Source: a virus
DNA length: 64,000 bases
Strand: one strand, 5' to 3'
IMG/VR virus record: IMGVR_UViG_3300036760_000069
Location: 1 to 64,000 of that record
Below are positions 63,901 through 64,000 of the stretch, piece after piece. Below the pieces are notes generated by a model. The model was not told where the DNA came from, searched no databases, and saw nothing but the letters and a program-made list of their open reading frames with translations. Position numbers and translations under genes: made by a program. Within the stretch, counting starts at the first letter, position 1. Each line of letters starts with the position of its first letter.

Positions 63901-64000
63901 TCGAATGGCTTCCGCACCTTTCGGCAGTGGTCCCGTGAGGTCCTTATACCACTCCGGAGCTGTAGACTTGAATCCGGTCACATCGGGCGCTCCACCTTTG
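60940..64000 (-). CDS. Large internal virion protein (LPD38-like C-terminus), 5'-truncated by the window
   Basis: LSNPATH, PFVKTPVN, ITGKGP, QPYAVKIG, YNRLDP motifs. Confidence 0.75.
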   Translation of the reverse strand, partial: KGGAPDVTGFKSTAPEWYKDLTGPLPKGAEAIRLTRKDVDAALNKFAEGTAPSTPKEQLVWDRISGDVQPETLTRPYTSSVQKDMGPLNEQFSSAFTKGITGEGSVSQDIITQGRDLELKSLREQMAAAPDDAAKTVLQSEISKLERQGANEQRATLQQQLEATNDPAQKSALQAQLADIEKRYPAVTVTPISAKSPADPQAVPMGTKQVKIDFNALTTPEAIEQAKQTLWETKKAQFGTKTMGELERGTKPIPIEDAKLMAAWSRTTPDDLLAELRGQQVKMEEIYKNALFLEASEREAETAAAAFKAGTLSQDGFLDAVTRYQAIGKATAGKGTDAAQTLRIMREDAIQHPLKRYRAAMRDLEKAGVAVGKDGEMEALADIMLNVDKNVVAEVLSKPHWTDFLQEYVYFSYLSNPATHAVNLTGSVFLTPLQAIMERQIAGLLPGEGVRATEALAMGRAWVSTMQNAWRAVADSYRTDGKAGVMELLDRVTQGQQSKLDRGIMPAFARQNVPESLRAGWLGSVAQGVGMLLRVPTKALQTEDALMRGINYNMEIAAQAVRETAAKSLTDAATINSSIADLTMRPSVKAQLSAQQFGAVQTFTDELSRGGQGLQSFLQEHPLLKISVAPFVKTPVNIAHYYWERTPILNLAAKSLRDDLTAGGTRAQLAQAKIVMGAGLAGIGATLASGGYITGKGPSDPDTRKLWLQTHQPYAVKIGDQWVGYNRLDPIAMSLGEAADAVMLMQEATDQSAWESVPSVLIVANARIITSKTYVQGIAKYIDAIEEAARNPDQTGQIIAKREKEHASVLIPGIVSGINKAFFETQQREVNTALESVESRIPSVSATLKPKLDFFGDPILTEGWPVDLVSPVFLKRAKTDPVAEEMVKQKASPSMPPHVIDGIRLTSDEYHDLVHIFGKEATIKGLTLHDGMKALFDDQMGPTYTARTDSATGGTGKKTLIEDLSTLYRQQAFKLFMDSHQDFTKRYLEKLGTTRENLTGERPSSSRLGPVPKRGMPHP

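Overview
High-GC (about 63%) tailed-phage DNA, almost all coded on the minus strand, with podovirus-like morphogenesis genes. Reading down the minus strand from 57.3 kb gives: adaptor and nozzle, ejection/pilot genes interrupted by a PAPS-reductase-like gene, an HNH gene and a CxxCxxCC (YkgJ-like) gene, then a 4615-aa polyvalent DarB-like protein. That protein carries a J-domain, three ParB-like domains, an adenine MTase, a strawberry-notch helicase, a GHKL ATPase and an HExxH peptidase motif. The early region (35.5-21.5 kb) holds an RHH repressor, GIY-YIG, LuxR HTH, HNH, PD-(D/E)XK nuclease, RDF-like protein, two DNA MTases, ASCH, RusA and a DUF1376 initiator. After it come the terminases, two tRNAs, a JAB protein, portal, scaffold, major capsid, and decoration/fibre genes. 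Lysis genes (M15-like peptidase, holin, spanins) at 57.5-59.4 kb point to a diderm host. Bases 1-214 are repeated at 59599-59812 with 2 mismatches, so 1-59598 could close into a complete circle of about 59.6 kb, and 59.8-64 kb may come from a second phage. Main oddities: (1) four consecutive fibre/decoration-like genes carry Sec signal peptides, and one shares its tip with a virion-anchored fibre; (2) an ORF coupled at both ends runs through two tRNA genes and has a Tat motif in the spacer; (3) a same-strand gene with a perfect RBS is nested in the giant protein; (4) several structural proteins share an 'LCGA' leader motif, and the phage encodes a stand-alone JAB protease; (5) homing endonucleases have recoded the ends of neighbouring genes. 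No integrase, CI repressor, DNA polymerase, reverse transcriptase or CRISPR array was seen. All functional calls come from reading motifs by eye, with no database searches.
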